DNA of 46,865 nucleotides from Octopus bimaculoides (taxonomy: Eukaryota): NCBI RefSeq assembly GCF_001194135.2, contig NC_068989.1, positions 89,457,260-89,504,124 of the forward strand, written 5' to 3'. The translations under genes were made by a program, and so were the position numbers. Numbering within the stretch: the stretch's first letter is position 1; the number at the start of each line of letters is the position of its first letter. The notes beneath the pieces were generated by a model, which was given only the letters and a program-made list of their open reading frames with translations, did no database searches and was not told where the DNA came from. This document shows positions 22,980-35,870 of the stretch, piece after piece.

Positions 22980-23659
22980 CGTGCACGTGCATGTTTATGA
23001 TATTGCACCTGAATTGAGAAGCGCCTGAACGGTTCGATGCGTGCGTTGGCGGGGAATAAATAAATAATATGGGGAATATGTAGGCCGCGTGTGGGAGTAA
23101 AGGAGAGAGAGAAATGAAATTATATCCGGGGGTGGTTGCGGTGGAAAATCAATCGTGTTGTTTCAGGTCAAGTCTGGCGGCTCATTGACGAGTTTCATTG
23201 CGTACCCTTCCCCACCACGTTAAAACTATCACGCACTCACACACACTCACACACACTCACTCACGCTCACTCATACACACTCAGACACGTGTACACAGAC
23301 GGATGTTAAACAGGGAGTTCATTGCTTAGCCTTATCCAGATCAACGCTATCTGCTGGTGTGTAATCTACGAAAGAAGTGGAGCAAATACGAATTGTGGCG
23401 TTCATACCTTCACAAAGAGCATTACCGCCGAAACTGGAATAACTACAACCGAGAATCGAACTAGGATCGTGGAATGAGATTGTTCACCATTTCATGGTAA
23501 ATCTCTCATGAAAATGCTATGCTACTTAGGGGTGGGTAGAAATCGGGGTTTATATCATGTCACTATCTTTGTGGGGTCAGACTGTAGATGAAGTACCATA
23601 TCAGCAGCAATGCCGAGTTCAGGAATGACCTTAGAATGGATTAGTGCTCTCTCTCGTTA

Positions 23660-23790
23660 GACCAGTTCTGAGCAAACTGCGGTCCGCGGGATTTCCTGAA
23701 TGCACGTCTAACGAAAAATTAGCTCGATTTTTTTTTTCTTTTAGTAGTTCGGTCTGCCTGACAATGAGGTATCCCTCATGCGGCCCGCTT
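23660..23790 (+). mobile_element. Possible Charlie-type hAT left-end remnant
   Basis: CCAGTTCTGAGCAAACTGCGGTCCGCGGG and CATGCGGCCCGC resemble Charlie-type ends. No partner TIR or TSD was found. Confidence 0.35.
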
Positions 23791-24130
23791 CTCGAGAAAG
23801 GTTGGCTTTTATCTATGTTATACGGTCTTGCTGTTGTCTCTGGCCACGCATACGAAAACAATGGACCTCAGAATCAACTGAAAAAAAAAAAAAAAAAGAA
23901 CTACACAGCCGACTAAGCAGTACTTGGCCAATTAAACGTCAACCTCTAATCTACAGTCGCGCTATCACCTCATTCTGCCTTCTACCGCTCCAATAAGGAC
24001 CTCATCTCCTTGTTAGCGGGTTGGTTCTGAACCTTTTGTAAGTTCTGTGACTCCTTTCACTGAATAATTGTTTTTTCTTTTATTCGTTACAAACACCTCT
24101 TAAAAGCAGATTTCAAAAATAAAATAGAGG

Positions 24131-24168
<38 letters not shown>

Positions 24169-24813
24169 TTATATAATTCCACCCAACACGTGACCTTTTT
24201 ATGAGCGTGGACTAGTGTCTTCTATTTTAAATTTTTAGGGAAATTATTGAAGAAGGTGAAGGCTTGCATAATGAAATTAGGTTCTTTTTTAAATTCTTTC
24301 CAATAAAAATTTTAAAAGATATTTTCCCTGATATATTTTCTCAATTTTTCTCCACTGATGTAGTTTTCCTTGATGATAGCAAAAGTCACATTCACTTTTC
24401 TTCCCCTAGAAATAAATAATATTAAAGTTACAAGCATTTAAAGTTACGCAATTTTAGCCAATCGAAAGCCTCCATTGCGAAAATGACGGAAGTCGCAATT
24501 GCCTGCTTCCATGGAAACTGCACAAATATAACGAGACAAAGAAGACGAAACCTTTACGAAACCTGTTAGAAATAGCATTCAAGTCTTCCTTAAACTACAC
24601 TTTACCGTCTAAAAGTACAATGCATTATACAAGGTTGGTGGAGATGAGCTTTCTGAATATAAAGCGGAATTGCTTTGATTACTATTGATCACAACTCTAC
24701 TTGATCAAGAATTTTTCCATAATTAGAGCAACGAGGCATCGTAATATGCTGTGTGAGTGTGCTCGCGCGAATATGCAAGTATGTGTGTGTGCGTATGCGT
24801 ATAAACATATATG

Positions 24814-24848
<35 letters not shown>

Positions 24849-25356
24849 TTATGCTTGTGTGTATGTATACACACACACACACACACATACATACACACTC
24901 ATGCACTTCCGAACGTATGTATTTCATTCTCCTTTTACACTTCTATCTTTCTGCTTCTATCTCTCTTCTCCCAGTCTCTGTGTCTCTCTTTCACTCTGAC
25001 ATTCCTCTTCTGCCTTTCTTTTGGTCTCTATTTCTCTGCGTTTGTTTCACAAACGCTGATTTCTTCTTTCAAACCCCCCTCTCCCCACCGCCTTCCCGCT
25101 CTCCGTTCCAACTGTTACTCAAGGAGAAAATGTCGTCATATCTCCGTTGCAGTATTGGTTGTTGCCTGTTTGTGTGTAATAAGTGTGAGTGAGATGTGCT
25201 AGTTGCATCGGTGATTCCTTCTGGAATCACAATAACGACTGCAGCTCTAGCTTTTCCTTGTTTATCAGTAAACGTGACGCTTGGTGTCGTCTGCTTTCAT
25301 TCAGTACGTCACTATTACGCGGTTAAGTGAACTTTTTCTTTCTTTCTTTCTTTCAC

Positions 25357-25483
<127 letters not shown>

Positions 25484-25541
25484 ATTTCGAAGATACGCAT
25501 TTGTGTAAGTGTGTTCGTTTGTAATTGTTTAATTATGTATA

Positions 25542-25670
25542 TAGGCGTAGGAATGGCGGTGTAATTAAGAAACTTGCTTTACAAAATCACGTGGTTTGGG
25601 GTTCAGTCACGCTGCGCTGCACCTTGAGCAAGTGTCTTCTACTATAGCCTCGGGTCAGCCAATGCTTTGT
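25542..25670 (+). mobile_element. Family B SINE 5' part (truncated by gap)
   Basis: AGGCGTAGGAATGGCGGTG head and CACCTTGAGCAAGTGTCTTCTACTATAGCCTCGGG. Confidence 0.8.
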
Positions 25671-25859
25671 NNNNNNNNNNNNNNNNNNNNNNNNNNNNNN
25701 NNNNNNNNNNNNNNNNNNNNNNNNNNNNNNNNNNNNNNNNNNNNNNNNNNNNNNNNNNNNNNNNNNNNNNNNNNNNNNNNNNNNNNNNNNNNNNNNNNNN
25801 NNNNNNNNNNNNNNNNNNNNNNNNNNNNNNNNNNNNNNNNNNNNNNNNNNNNNNNNNNN

Positions 25860-26185
25860 CATGGCTCAGTGGTTAGAGCGTCGAGCTTACGATCGTGAGG
25901 TAGTGAGTTCGATACCGGGACCGGGCTGCGTGTTGTGTTCTTGAGCAAACACTTTATTTCACGTTGCTCCAGTTCACTCAGCTGTAGAAATGAGTTGCAA
26001 CAACACTGGTGCCAAGCTGTATTGGCCCCTTTGCCTTTCCCTTTGGTAACACTGGTGGCGTGGAGAGGGGAGGCCGGTATGCATGAGCGACTGCTGGTCT
26101 TCCATAAACAACCTTACCTGGACTTGTGCCTGGGAGGGTAACTTTCTAGGTGCAATCCCATGGTCAGTCATGACCGAAGGGGTCT
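25860..26185 (+). mobile_element. tRNA-derived SINE, family C (tail C1)
   Basis: Clear A-box GCTCAGTGGTTAGAGC and B-box GAGTTCGATACC, then TTGTGTTCTTGAGCAAACACTTTATTTCACGTTGCTCCAG, ending before (ATT)n. Confidence 0.85.
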
Positions 26186-26224
26186 TAGCATTATTATTAT
26201 TATTAGAAATGGTTATATGCGTGA

Positions 26225-26460
26225 TAAGGCGGCGAGCTGGCAGAAACGTTAGCACGCCGGGCGAAATGCTTAGCGGTATTTCGTCGGCCGTTACATTCTG
26301 AGTTCAAATTCCGCCGAGGTTGACTTTGCCTTTCATCCTTTCGGAGTCGGTAAAGTAAGTACCAGTTTTACGCACTGGGGTCGATGTAATCGACTTAATC
26401 CGTTTGTCTGTCCTTGTTTGTCCCCTCTGTGTGTAGCCCCTTGTGAGTAGTAAAGAAATA
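26225..26460 (+). mobile_element. Family A SINE (tail A1), full length
   Basis: 20-bp TSD AGAAATGGTTA(T/C)ATGCGTGA at 26205-26224 and 26461-26480; intact head, core and tail. Confidence 0.95.
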
Positions 26461-28849
26461 AGAAATGGTTACATGCGTGAGTAAAGATGTTTTTGTGTCA
26501 AAACATGTGATTGAGAAACAAACTTCTTGCCACACAACTACATCAGAGCCAATCGACGCGTCTCGAAAATTTTATTTTGAATTTTGAGTTGTCGCCTTCT
26601 GTTTCTGTTTTCTTTGTTCACCAAAGTTTGTATATCCTTGCGGCAATTAGTGTCTTGTTTAATTAAAAACATTGCTCACCACATTATATTAGGATTTAGT
26701 TCGCTGTGACGCTGTAATTCCGATTTGCTTTTCCGTGGAACCATTTCACATCAACTCCATTCATTCACCTGTGATTTCTGGCCATAACCGAAATGATTCG
26801 GTAGATAAGGTATCGAAATTGTTGAATATTGATTGTGTGATCAAATCTACATTAATAAATTTGTGTTTCTGCGCAGTACATTTAAATTTTTGTCTCAGTT
26901 CACCTAACAGTATAAGGGAATAAATATATAATAGCTAGCTACTCGCTCATATCTGCGATACACTAGCGTACACAAGCATAGATTACTCATTTATGTATCA
27001 TTTCGAAATGACCTCAGTGTTGAGTACCTTCTCTTAAAAACAGATCTATCTTTTGAAGAAGAATGGCTGCTCTTAGAGCATCGCAAGAATGCATTGCCTT
27101 ATCTGTTCCGACTCATGGAGTTGTGACTTCAAGTTTCACCTCTTGACATCCTTGTGTTGACGAGCGACTCGATGGGTTGCGGTGTTTTTAGCTCAATTCC
27201 GTTCGCAGCATGTCCGGAAGGGCTGTATACTCCCAAGTGGAGGAGATTTGTCTGACATCCATTTAACTCTAGAAAGCTGGGATGCAAGCGTTATTGATGG
27301 TAGTTATGCCATTGACTGAGCCTAGTGGGACCTTGGGATTAGCTTTTCAGATTTCAACTGTGTGTGTATTGGAGTGCACAAAACATACAACTTCATCTCG
27401 TCCCTCGCAATTAAACACATATACATTGGGACATGTACACACTGAGTCACTCACTCACTTTCTATCTGTCCCTCTCCTTCCACCCTCTCACTCTCTTTTA
27501 CTCTCTCTCTCTCCACACACACACACAATGCTATTTTTGTTTAACTGCTGTCTACACACATTCGCACGCATACATGCACACACGAACACGCGCACATTGG
27601 CACTTGCTAACGTGCTCATGCGTACACGTGTTGGCGTACTTAAATGCTCTAAAGCATACACACATTTATATGCAAGTACACACACACACACACACACACA
27701 CTTGCTCTCTTTCTCTCACAAACATGTTCTTACACTCTCTCTTTCTCACTCGCGCGCAATGCTTTTACACCCCCCCGCTCTTCTGTTCTCTTGCTGTGTC
27801 TCTCTCACCCCTTCACACACACACACACACACACACACACAAATTCATCGAAGTTCCTTATCTCTTAACCTCTCTTCNNNNNNNNNNNNNNNNNNNNNNN
27901 NNNNNNNNNNNNNNNNNNNNNNNNNNNNNNNNNNNNNNNNNNNNNNNNNNNNNNNNNNNNNNNNNNNNNNNNNNNNNNNNNNNNNNNNNNNNNNNNNNNN
28001 NNNNNNNNNNNNNNNNNNNNNNNNNNNNNNNNNNNNNNNNNNNNNNNNNNNNNNNNNNNNNNNNNNNNNNNNNNNNNNNNNNNNNNNNNNNNNNNNNNNN
28101 NNNNNNNNNNNNNNNNNNNNNNNNNNNNNNNNNNNNNNNNNNNNNNNNNNNNNNNNNNNNNNNNNNNNNNNNNNNNNNNNNNNNNNNNNNNNNNNNNNNN
28201 NNNNNNNNNNNNNNNNNNNNNNNNNNNNNNNNNNNNNNNNNNNNNNNNNNNNNNNNNNNNNNNNNNNNNNNNNNNNNNNNNNNNNNNNNNNNNNNNNNNN
28301 NNNNNNNNNNNNNNNNNNNNNNNNNNNNNNNNNNNNNNNNNNNNNNNNNNNNNNNNNNNNNNNNNNNNNNNNNNNNNNNNNNNNNNNNNNNNNNNNNNNN
28401 NNNNNNNNNNNNNNNNNNNNNNNNNNNNNNNNNNNNNNNNNNNNNNNNNNNNNNNNNNNNNNNNNNNNNNNNNNNNNNNNNNNNNNNNNNNNNNNNNNNN
28501 NNNNNNNNNNNNNNNNNNNNNNNNNNNNNNNNNNNNNNNNNNNNNNNNNNNNNNNNNNNNNNNNNNNNNNNNNNNNNNNNNNNNNNNNNNNNNNNNNNNN
28601 NNNNNNNNNNNNNNNNNNNNNNNNNNNNNNNNNNNNNNNNNNNNNNNNNNNNNNNNNNNNNNNNNNNNNNNNNNNNNNNNNNNNNNNNNNNNNNNNNNNN
28701 NNNNNNNNNNNNNNNNNNNNNNNNNNNNNNNNNNNNNNNNNNNNNNNNNNNNNNNNNNNNNNNNNNNNNNNNNNNNNNNNNNNNNNNNNNNNNNNNNNNN
28801 NNNNNNNNNNNNNNNNNNCACAAAACAACAACACACAAACGCGGTTTTC

Positions 28850-28894
<45 letters not shown>

Positions 28895-29080
28895 TCATAT
28901 CGATCGTTTACAATCGGTTATCTCCGCATTCGACTGATTGACTCACTTGTAATAACTGTTCACCTCACCGTCATAACTGTATTGGTAGTGTTGCTTGTGT
29001 CTCCTTGTTGTTCTTGTTGTATGTCTTAATGTTTGTCGTTATACTACTGATTGTACAGGTGTTAGTTATTGTTCTGGTGA

Positions 29081-29400
29081 AGGCGCGTAGCTTAGTGGTT
29101 AGGGTATCTGGTTTATGATCGACTGTGACGTGAGTTCGTTTTCTGGCGTTGCGTTGTGTCCTTGAGCAAGACACTTTATTTCACGTTGCTCCAGTCCACT
29201 CAGCTGGAAAAAAATGTGTTGCACCCGTAATTCAAACGGCCAGCCTGGTTGCAGTCTGTGTCCTGCTGAATCTCCCCGAGAACTACGTTACGGGTGCGCG
29301 TGCCTGTGGAGTGCTCAGCCATATGCACGGTAATTTCACGAGAAGCTTGTTCCGTTGGATAGATCAACTGGCACACTCGTCGCCGTAACCGACGGAGGAC
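29081..29400 (+). mobile_element. tRNA-derived SINE, family C (tail C2)
   Basis: Head GGCGCGTAGCTTAGTGGTTAGG, shared core TTGTGTCCTTGAGCAAGACACTTTATTTCACGTTGCTCCAGTCCACTCAGCTG, and a different tail. Confidence 0.8.
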
Positions 29401-29650
29401 CAGTTTTTATTGTAGTGTTGGTTTGGGGATAATGGTGGTGATTTTTGTACACTCACTCGTACAGCTTGTTCTTTTTGTTGTTGTTGCGTGTGTGTGTGTG
29501 TGTGTTGGTGTTATACGTACGACGATGGTGGTTGATATTGTAGTGTTAGTTGTTTTGTTGTAGTGGTGGTCATGGTTGCACTTGGAGTTGTTGTTCTTGT
29601 ATTTGTTATTGCGGATCTGTTAGAGGTTGCTGCAGCTCTGCCGCTGGTGT

Positions 29651-29865
29651 CTCTTTTTAGTTTCCCACATTGGACTGCAGCCTTCTTGGGGTCCCGCTTT
29701 GAAGGGGTTTTCAGTCAAGCAGATCGACCCCAGCACTTATATTGTTTTTTAAAGTCTCTTACTTATTCTATTGATCTCTTTTGCCTTAACCGCTAAGTTA
29801 CAAGCGACGTAAGCAAGCCAGCAATGTTTGTCTAGCGGTTGATGGGATAAACACAACCACAACTC
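29651..29865 (-). mobile_element. Family B SINE 3' portion, diverged
   Basis: AGATCGACCCCAG...CTTATTCTATTGATCTCTTTTGCC...CCGCTAAGTTAC. Confidence 0.7.
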
Positions 29866-29871
29866 AGAGAT

Positions 29872-29924
<53 letters not shown>

Positions 29925-30628
29925 CTCTNNNNNNNNNNNNNNNNNNNNNNNNNNNNNNNNNNNNNNNNNNNNNNNNNNNNNNNNNNNNNNNNNNNNNNNN
30001 NNNNNNNNNNNNNNNNNNNNNNNNNNNNNNNNNNNNNNNNNNNNNNNNNNNNNNNNNNNNNCTCTCTCTCTCTCTCTCTCTCTCTCACTCGCTCAATCTT
30101 TCGCTTACTCCTGAAAGTTTATTTGAGAAAAGAAACTTTTACTTGTAAAGCTGTTTATATTCTGAACTCAGGGTTTGAACTAAGGCCATAAGCAGCCGGA
30201 ATAAAAACCGCAAAGCTGCGTAAATTTTATTCTAAAGAAACTTTTCTCTTAAAAAGAAATTTATATTTATATGACAAAAACTGTATAAATTCATAATACC
30301 AGCAGATGTAATTTTGCTTACAAACAACTGCAATAGGGCTTCAGAGATACGATAAGTGAGAAGTACGATTGGATAATAGTTCTAAATTATTACAGGGCAA
30401 AATTAAATAAAATTGATTTCATTAGTTGTGTTCTTGTGTATATTTTAATTCAGAGGATTAATGAAGAAAATAAATGTTCAATCCGTTTAAATGAAAGGTA
30501 TCGTATGCTAAAAGAAGAAATTTAAAAAATGCTGTTAAGTATATGTTTTAGAATGAGCAGAATTGATTGTATTGGTTGTTTTCATTGAGTGCAATTCCTA
30601 CGGTTTTTATTTTTATTGTTTCAAATAA

Positions 30629-30886
30629 TAGTGGTTCTCAGCCGGGGTCATGCGGCGCTTGGGTGTCCATGTTAGATTGTGTTGTTAAAATCTATTCGCA
30701 TCAAATTGGTTATACCTCTACAATGCACAAAATATTTAAAAAAAATTTATACAATTCCTAATAATATTTAATTATAAAAATACAGCAAGATTTCTTTTAT
30801 ATGCATTGAATGACTCATGAAGGCCCAATAGAGTGAAAAATAGAAATTAAAGGTGTACATAGGGGAAAAATGGTTGAGAACTACTG
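30629..30886. mobile_element. hAT/Charlie-type MITE, 258 bp
   Basis: TIRs TAGTGGTTCTCAGCC and rc CAGTAGTTCTCAACC (12/15). The TSD is not preserved. Internal sequence is homologous to 46389-46525. Confidence 0.7.
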
Positions 30887-31413
30887 TACTTTTGGCCTGT
30901 ATTGCAAGATAAATGTATTCGCATACTTTATACATTATGTATACATCTTTCTCACCTCAACTTCATCGTCTTCGGAAAAAGCGGGACGCTTAGATAATAC
31001 GATAGCTCTCAGAATCAGCTAGGCACAAAAACTAGCACACTACAACAAAGATTGAACTTTGTAGTGGTCTCACCTTCTCTATACTCCTTTACAATATACT
31101 ATAAAATCCTCTCTCTATTGTAGAAGTTTATTTTCTTTTTCCAACCTTTCCTCTCTAAGTCACGGTACCTTTTCCTCTCAATCATTTTCCCCATACCGCC
31201 TTAAATTTCACTATCTGCTCGCATGATTCACTGTCACAGAAGCTACTGAACGTTTGCTCTCTCTGTCTGTCTCCCGCCTCTCTATCTCTCAATCTCCTAT
31301 CTATATGTCTAGCTGCATACCTTTTTTTTGTCTCTTTACCACTGTTTTCACCTTCTAGCGCAACACCCACACACACACACACTTATACACATACATGTGA
31401 GTAATATATATAT

Positions 31414-31763
31414 ATCATCATCATCGTTTAACGTCCGCTTTCCATGCTAGCATGGGTTGGACGATTTGACTGAGGACTGGTGAAACCGGATGGCAACACC
31501 AGGCTCCAACCTAATTTGGCAGAGTTTCTACAGCTGGATGCCCTTCCTAATGCCAACCACTCAGAGAGTGTAGTGGGTGCTTTTACGTGTCACCCGCACG
31601 AAGGCCAGCCAGGCGGTACTGGCAACGGCCACGCTCAAAATGGTGTCTTTTATGTGCCACCCGCACAAAAGCCAGTCCAGCGGCACTGGCAACGATCTCG
31701 CTCGAAAATCCTATGAAGGCCAGTCAGGCGGTACTGGCAACGGCCACGCTCAAAATGGTGCAT
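31414..31763 (-). mobile_element. Family D retroposon (RTE-like 3' tail, (GAT)n end) with internal minisatellite
   Basis: The rc reads GTGGTTGGCATTAGGAAGGGCATCCAGCTGTAGAAAC, similar to RTE-clade 3' ends as recalled, and ends in (GAT)n. Confidence 0.75.
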
Positions 31764-32164
31764 AGAGATAGATAGATGGAGATATAAATATAAACGTGTA
31801 TGTGCATATATGTATATACATATATAATATATATTATAAATATAACGTGTCTGTATCTGTTTCACTTTCCTCTTCTCTCTCAACTCCCTTTATCCCAGTG
31901 CTATATTCAATCCAGTGATCTCTAATCAACCGTAAACATTAGTACACACACGTTAATGAACGTGAAGTGAATACATTTGCATAAACACGCGTACACGCAT
32001 GCGTACGAGCGAAATCCAACGAGTCATGCTTATTTAGGTGCATGTTTACACGTGCACACACACCTAAACACAGTTATATGCACACACCTACAGACATGTA
32101 CAGGGTGGCTTATATTTAGATGCAGTCTTAGATACGTATTGGCATACATGTTTACTTAAGCATA

Positions 32165-32202
<38 letters not shown>

Positions 32203-32383
32203 CACACACACTCGAGCACACATACGCTCACACATACAGTCGCTCGCTCATTCTTTTACTCTCGTACATATATATATATATATAGATAGATAGATTGGTA
32301 GACAGACAGATAGATAGATTAGTAGATAGGTATTCACACGTCATAGAGCCACACTCGTAATTTTATGAATGCGAATCTCTCTC

Positions 32384-32392
<9 letters not shown>

Positions 32393-32472
<80 letters not shown>
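32393..32472. repeat. (CA)40 microsatellite
   Basis: Direct reading. Confidence 0.95.
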
Positions 32473-32477
<5 letters not shown>

Positions 32478-32754
32478 TGCGTGTGTGGGTATGTGCATAT
32501 AGATAGATATTCACATTCATATAGCCACACTTGTACATTAATACGTACACACATACATACATACATACATACATACATACACATTAACACATTCACATCG
32601 CAAGTATTCACACTTTCCTTTTTATACACAGTAACTCTCACACGTTCACTTTCGCACACGTATATTCCCATTTTGACTCAAACACACACATTGAGATGCA
32701 CTTTGATAAATGTGATGCAATGATGCTTACACAGACCTCCATCTTTGAGCACAC

Positions 32755-32805
<51 letters not shown>

Positions 32806-33212
32806 TTATGTGCAGGCATTCTCGCGCGTTACGTTCTGCCCACCGTCGCTACTACCACACACTTCCTCCACAGTCACCCGTGGGTAAACTAATTAAATAT
32901 ATTACTCATAAGTAATATATATNNNNNNNNNNNNNNNNNNNNNNNNNNNNNNNNNNNNNNNNNNNNNNNNNNNNNNNNNNNNNNNNNNNNNNNNNNNNNN
33001 NNNNNNNNNNNNNNNNNNNNNNNNNNNNNNNNNNNNNNNNNNNNNNNNNNNNNNNNNNNNNNNNNNNNNNNNNNNNNNNNNNNNNNNNNNNNNNNNNNNN
33101 NNNNNNNNNNNNNNNNNNNNNNNNNNNNNNNNNNNNNNNNNNNNNNNNNNNNNNNNNNNNNNNNNNNNNNNNNNNNNNNNNNNNNNNNNNNNNNNNNNNN
33201 NNNNNNNNNNNN

Positions 33213-33570
33213 CCACCACCACCACCACCACCACCATCACCACCACTACTACTACTACTACCACTACTACCCCCCCCCCAGCACCACAACCATCATTATC
33301 AGTTTTATCATCCTAATCGTAATTACCACCATCAACGCCAACAGCGCTGCTATCACCGCCATTTCTTCACCAACACTGCGACTGCAAACACCACAACCGG
33401 CGTCATCACCATCAACCACTCCGACTACTATCACCGCAGCTGCGACTTGCATCACCACCGCCACCTGCATTACCACCACCTCCATCACCACCACTATCAT
33501 CAGCATTCCATCACAACTATCATCAGTGCTATCGCACTCTCTCCGCAGCCATCACCGCCACCACCCGGCT
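33213..33570. repeat. Degenerate (ACC/ATC/ACT)n trinucleotide low-complexity tract
   Basis: About 350 bp of NCC/NTC-phased triplets next to a gap. Confidence 0.85.
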
Positions 33571-33914
33571 ACTAACGGTAGCGTTTACACTGTCGGCACG
33601 TCCACCATTATAGCATTCACTTGACCAAATATGAATACATATCATCCATGTAATGGTAACATTCATCAGAGTGAACAATTCATGCTTCATTTGGCTACTT
33701 CTCTCTCTATCTGTCTCTCCCTCTCTTCCTTTCTTCCTATTCCACCTCTGTCTATCTGCCTCTTTTTCTCTCTCTGTTTCTCTCTGTCGGTGTCTGTGGG
33801 AGGAAACGAATATTACAAACCGTGTACGCCGTCGTAAAACTTACGTGTTATAAATATTTGGATGAAATAATCGTTAAAGCACCGGACAAAATGTATTGCA
33901 GTGTTTAGTTACAA

Positions 33915-34050
33915 ATCCTGCTTTCAGTTCAAATCTTGTCGAGGTCAACTGTCTTTTACCCTTTCGAGATAGCTTTAAAAAAAAAGAAAAGGAAAGAAGG
34001 AAGAAAAGTACGAATTGAGTGCTGGGGTCGATGTAAGACTTCCCTCTCTC
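33915..34050 (+). mobile_element. Family A SINE, diverged
   Basis: AGTTCAAATCTTGTCGAGGTCAACT...GCTGGGGTCGATGTAAGACT. Confidence 0.55.
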
Positions 34051-34100
34051 ATGCCTATGTCAGAGATTATGCATAAATTATTTCCATCTTTTAGTAGTTT

Positions 34101-34310
34101 TCTTTTACTTATTCCAGTCGATTGCGGCCATGCTGAGGGACCGCCTTGAACTTTTAGTCGAATCAATCGATCCCAGTACTTTTTTTTAAAGCCTGGTACT
34201 TATGCTATCGGTTACTTTTGCCATACCTCTAAATTACAGGGACGCAAACACACCAACACTGGTTGTCTAGCGGTTGTGGGGACGAACACACACACCACAC
34301 ACAACGGGCT
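34101..34310 (-). mobile_element. Family B SINE 3' portion
   Basis: TCTTTTACTTATTCCAGTCGATTGCGGCCATGCTG...GGTACTTATGCTATCGG...GGTTGTCTAGCGG. Confidence 0.8.
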
Positions 34311-35687
34311 ATTTATATGATATTATTTTACCAGTCAAAATGTGTGTTCGGGTGTTATTACGTTTTTAAGACAACGGTGGAATGAAATCGAAACCAAAAT
34401 TGAAACCTTTAACGTTCTAAAACAATATTACGAAGCTTTATAAATCGATAAATCAAAGTAGAAATAAAATCTCTAATAAAGAGAAAGGATTTTCACGGGT
34501 CCCTGTTTGTTTGTAAAGCAGGAAAGAACAGTAAATAACGCAAATATTAGTTGGATATGTCTCACTATGTTTTGAATTCGTTTCATTTTGAGTTGTTTTT
34601 GTTTTTTTTCTATCTGTCCTTTTATGCTTCGGAGGCTCGATAAAATAAGAAACTGCTAAGTATTGGGAGTCGATTTGCTCAATTATGTCCGTCAGCCATA
34701 TTTCTGAATTCAGAAAGTAAAGAGCTGGAACAAGTATCACAAGGTTTTTTGTCCGACGCACCAATAATTCCTAACACACGCTCAAAGCTACAAATTTATG
34801 AGGGAGGTTGTGGTCAATTANNNNNNNNNNNNNNNNNNNNNNNNNNNNNNNNNNNNNNNNNNNNNNNNNNNNNNNNNNNNNNNNNNNNNNNNNNNNNNNN
34901 NNNNNNNNNNNNNNNNNNNNNNNNNNNNNNNNNNNNNNNNNNNNNNNNNNNNNNNNNNNNNNNNNNNNNNNNNNNNNNNNNNNNNNNNNNNNNNNNNNNN
35001 NNNNNNNNNNNNNNNNNNNNNNNNNNNNNNNNNNNNNNNNNNNNNNNNNNNNNNNNNNNNNNNNNNNNNNNNNNNNNNNNNNNNNNNNNNNNNNNNNNNN
35101 NNNNNNNNNNNNNNNNNNNNNNNNNNNNNNNNNNNNNNNNCTGGAGCTCCACCGTGCAGACTTTCTCGGCCATGCTCACCACATGTCCCTAGTATTTCTC
35201 AAAGATGACAACAAACTAAAGGCCGGTGTTCGTGCCCAGTCTTTTGTGACATTACTTCATGCACTTGCTCCCCTTTTTTTCAAGTTGCTGCTTTTGGGTG
35301 ATGTCGTTACTGTCTACTGTTTCTTTTCGGATCTAATTCTTTACCCTTGGGAGATCTTCTCTTGTACAACTGTACGCATTTACGCTTGAAGCGGTGCTTT
35401 TTTTTTTTTTTCTCTAACTTTATTTTCAAAAAATTTAGGTAGCGTTTGCTCACATTTTTTAGGTAACTGTACCTCTTCTTGCTACAACTGAGGCTATTTT
35501 CGACCCCGAATTAATAATACAAAAAGGTATGGCTTGTCAAACACGTTTAATATGGGGTGGACCTTTTAACAATCTGAATGCTTTCTGATTTAATATATTG
35601 CAATAAATAAAAAATACGTTTTTTTTCTAAGTTAATCCGGTTGTGTCGCAAAGATCTGACAAACGTTCCGTCGCTCCAACATTCACT

Positions 35688-35870
35688 AATAATAATAAAA
35701 AATCTTCATGCTATAGGCACATGGTCTGAAATTTTGAGGGACTCGGCTACTCGATTACATCGACCCCAGTATTCAACTGGTACTTTAACGACCCCGAAAG
35801 GACGGAAGGCATAGTCGACCTTGGCGGAATTTGAACTCAGGACGTAATAAGCTGGAAGAAATGCTTCGCC
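35688..35870 (-). mobile_element. Family A SINE (A2 tail)
   Basis: TCGATTACATCGACCCCAG...GTCGACCTTGGCGGAATTTGAACTCAG, with an (AAT)n tail at the left. Confidence 0.85.

Noticed and set aside
22841-23020. Short ORF MECGKACLLVNIKLLSFALAGWLVG (tetraspanin-like start)
   Set aside because: The resemblance is superficial, and the frame runs into (TG)n.
23340-23500. Two open plus-strand frames after CCAG
   Set aside because: Both end in stops, and the segment contains a reversed B-box-like GAATCGAAC suggesting SINE debris.
25860-25930. tRNA gene (Val-TAC-like loop)
   Set aside because: The D-arm and boxes are present, but the anticodon and T stems do not pair, and the sequence continues into a SINE body.
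31576-31763. CRISPR-like repeat-spacer array
   Set aside because: Eukaryotic context, tandem units without unique spacers, and located inside a retroposon.
35141-35400. Possible transposase or LINE coding remnant after the gap
   Set aside because: Several stops on the minus strand and no recognisable catalytic motif in either orientation.
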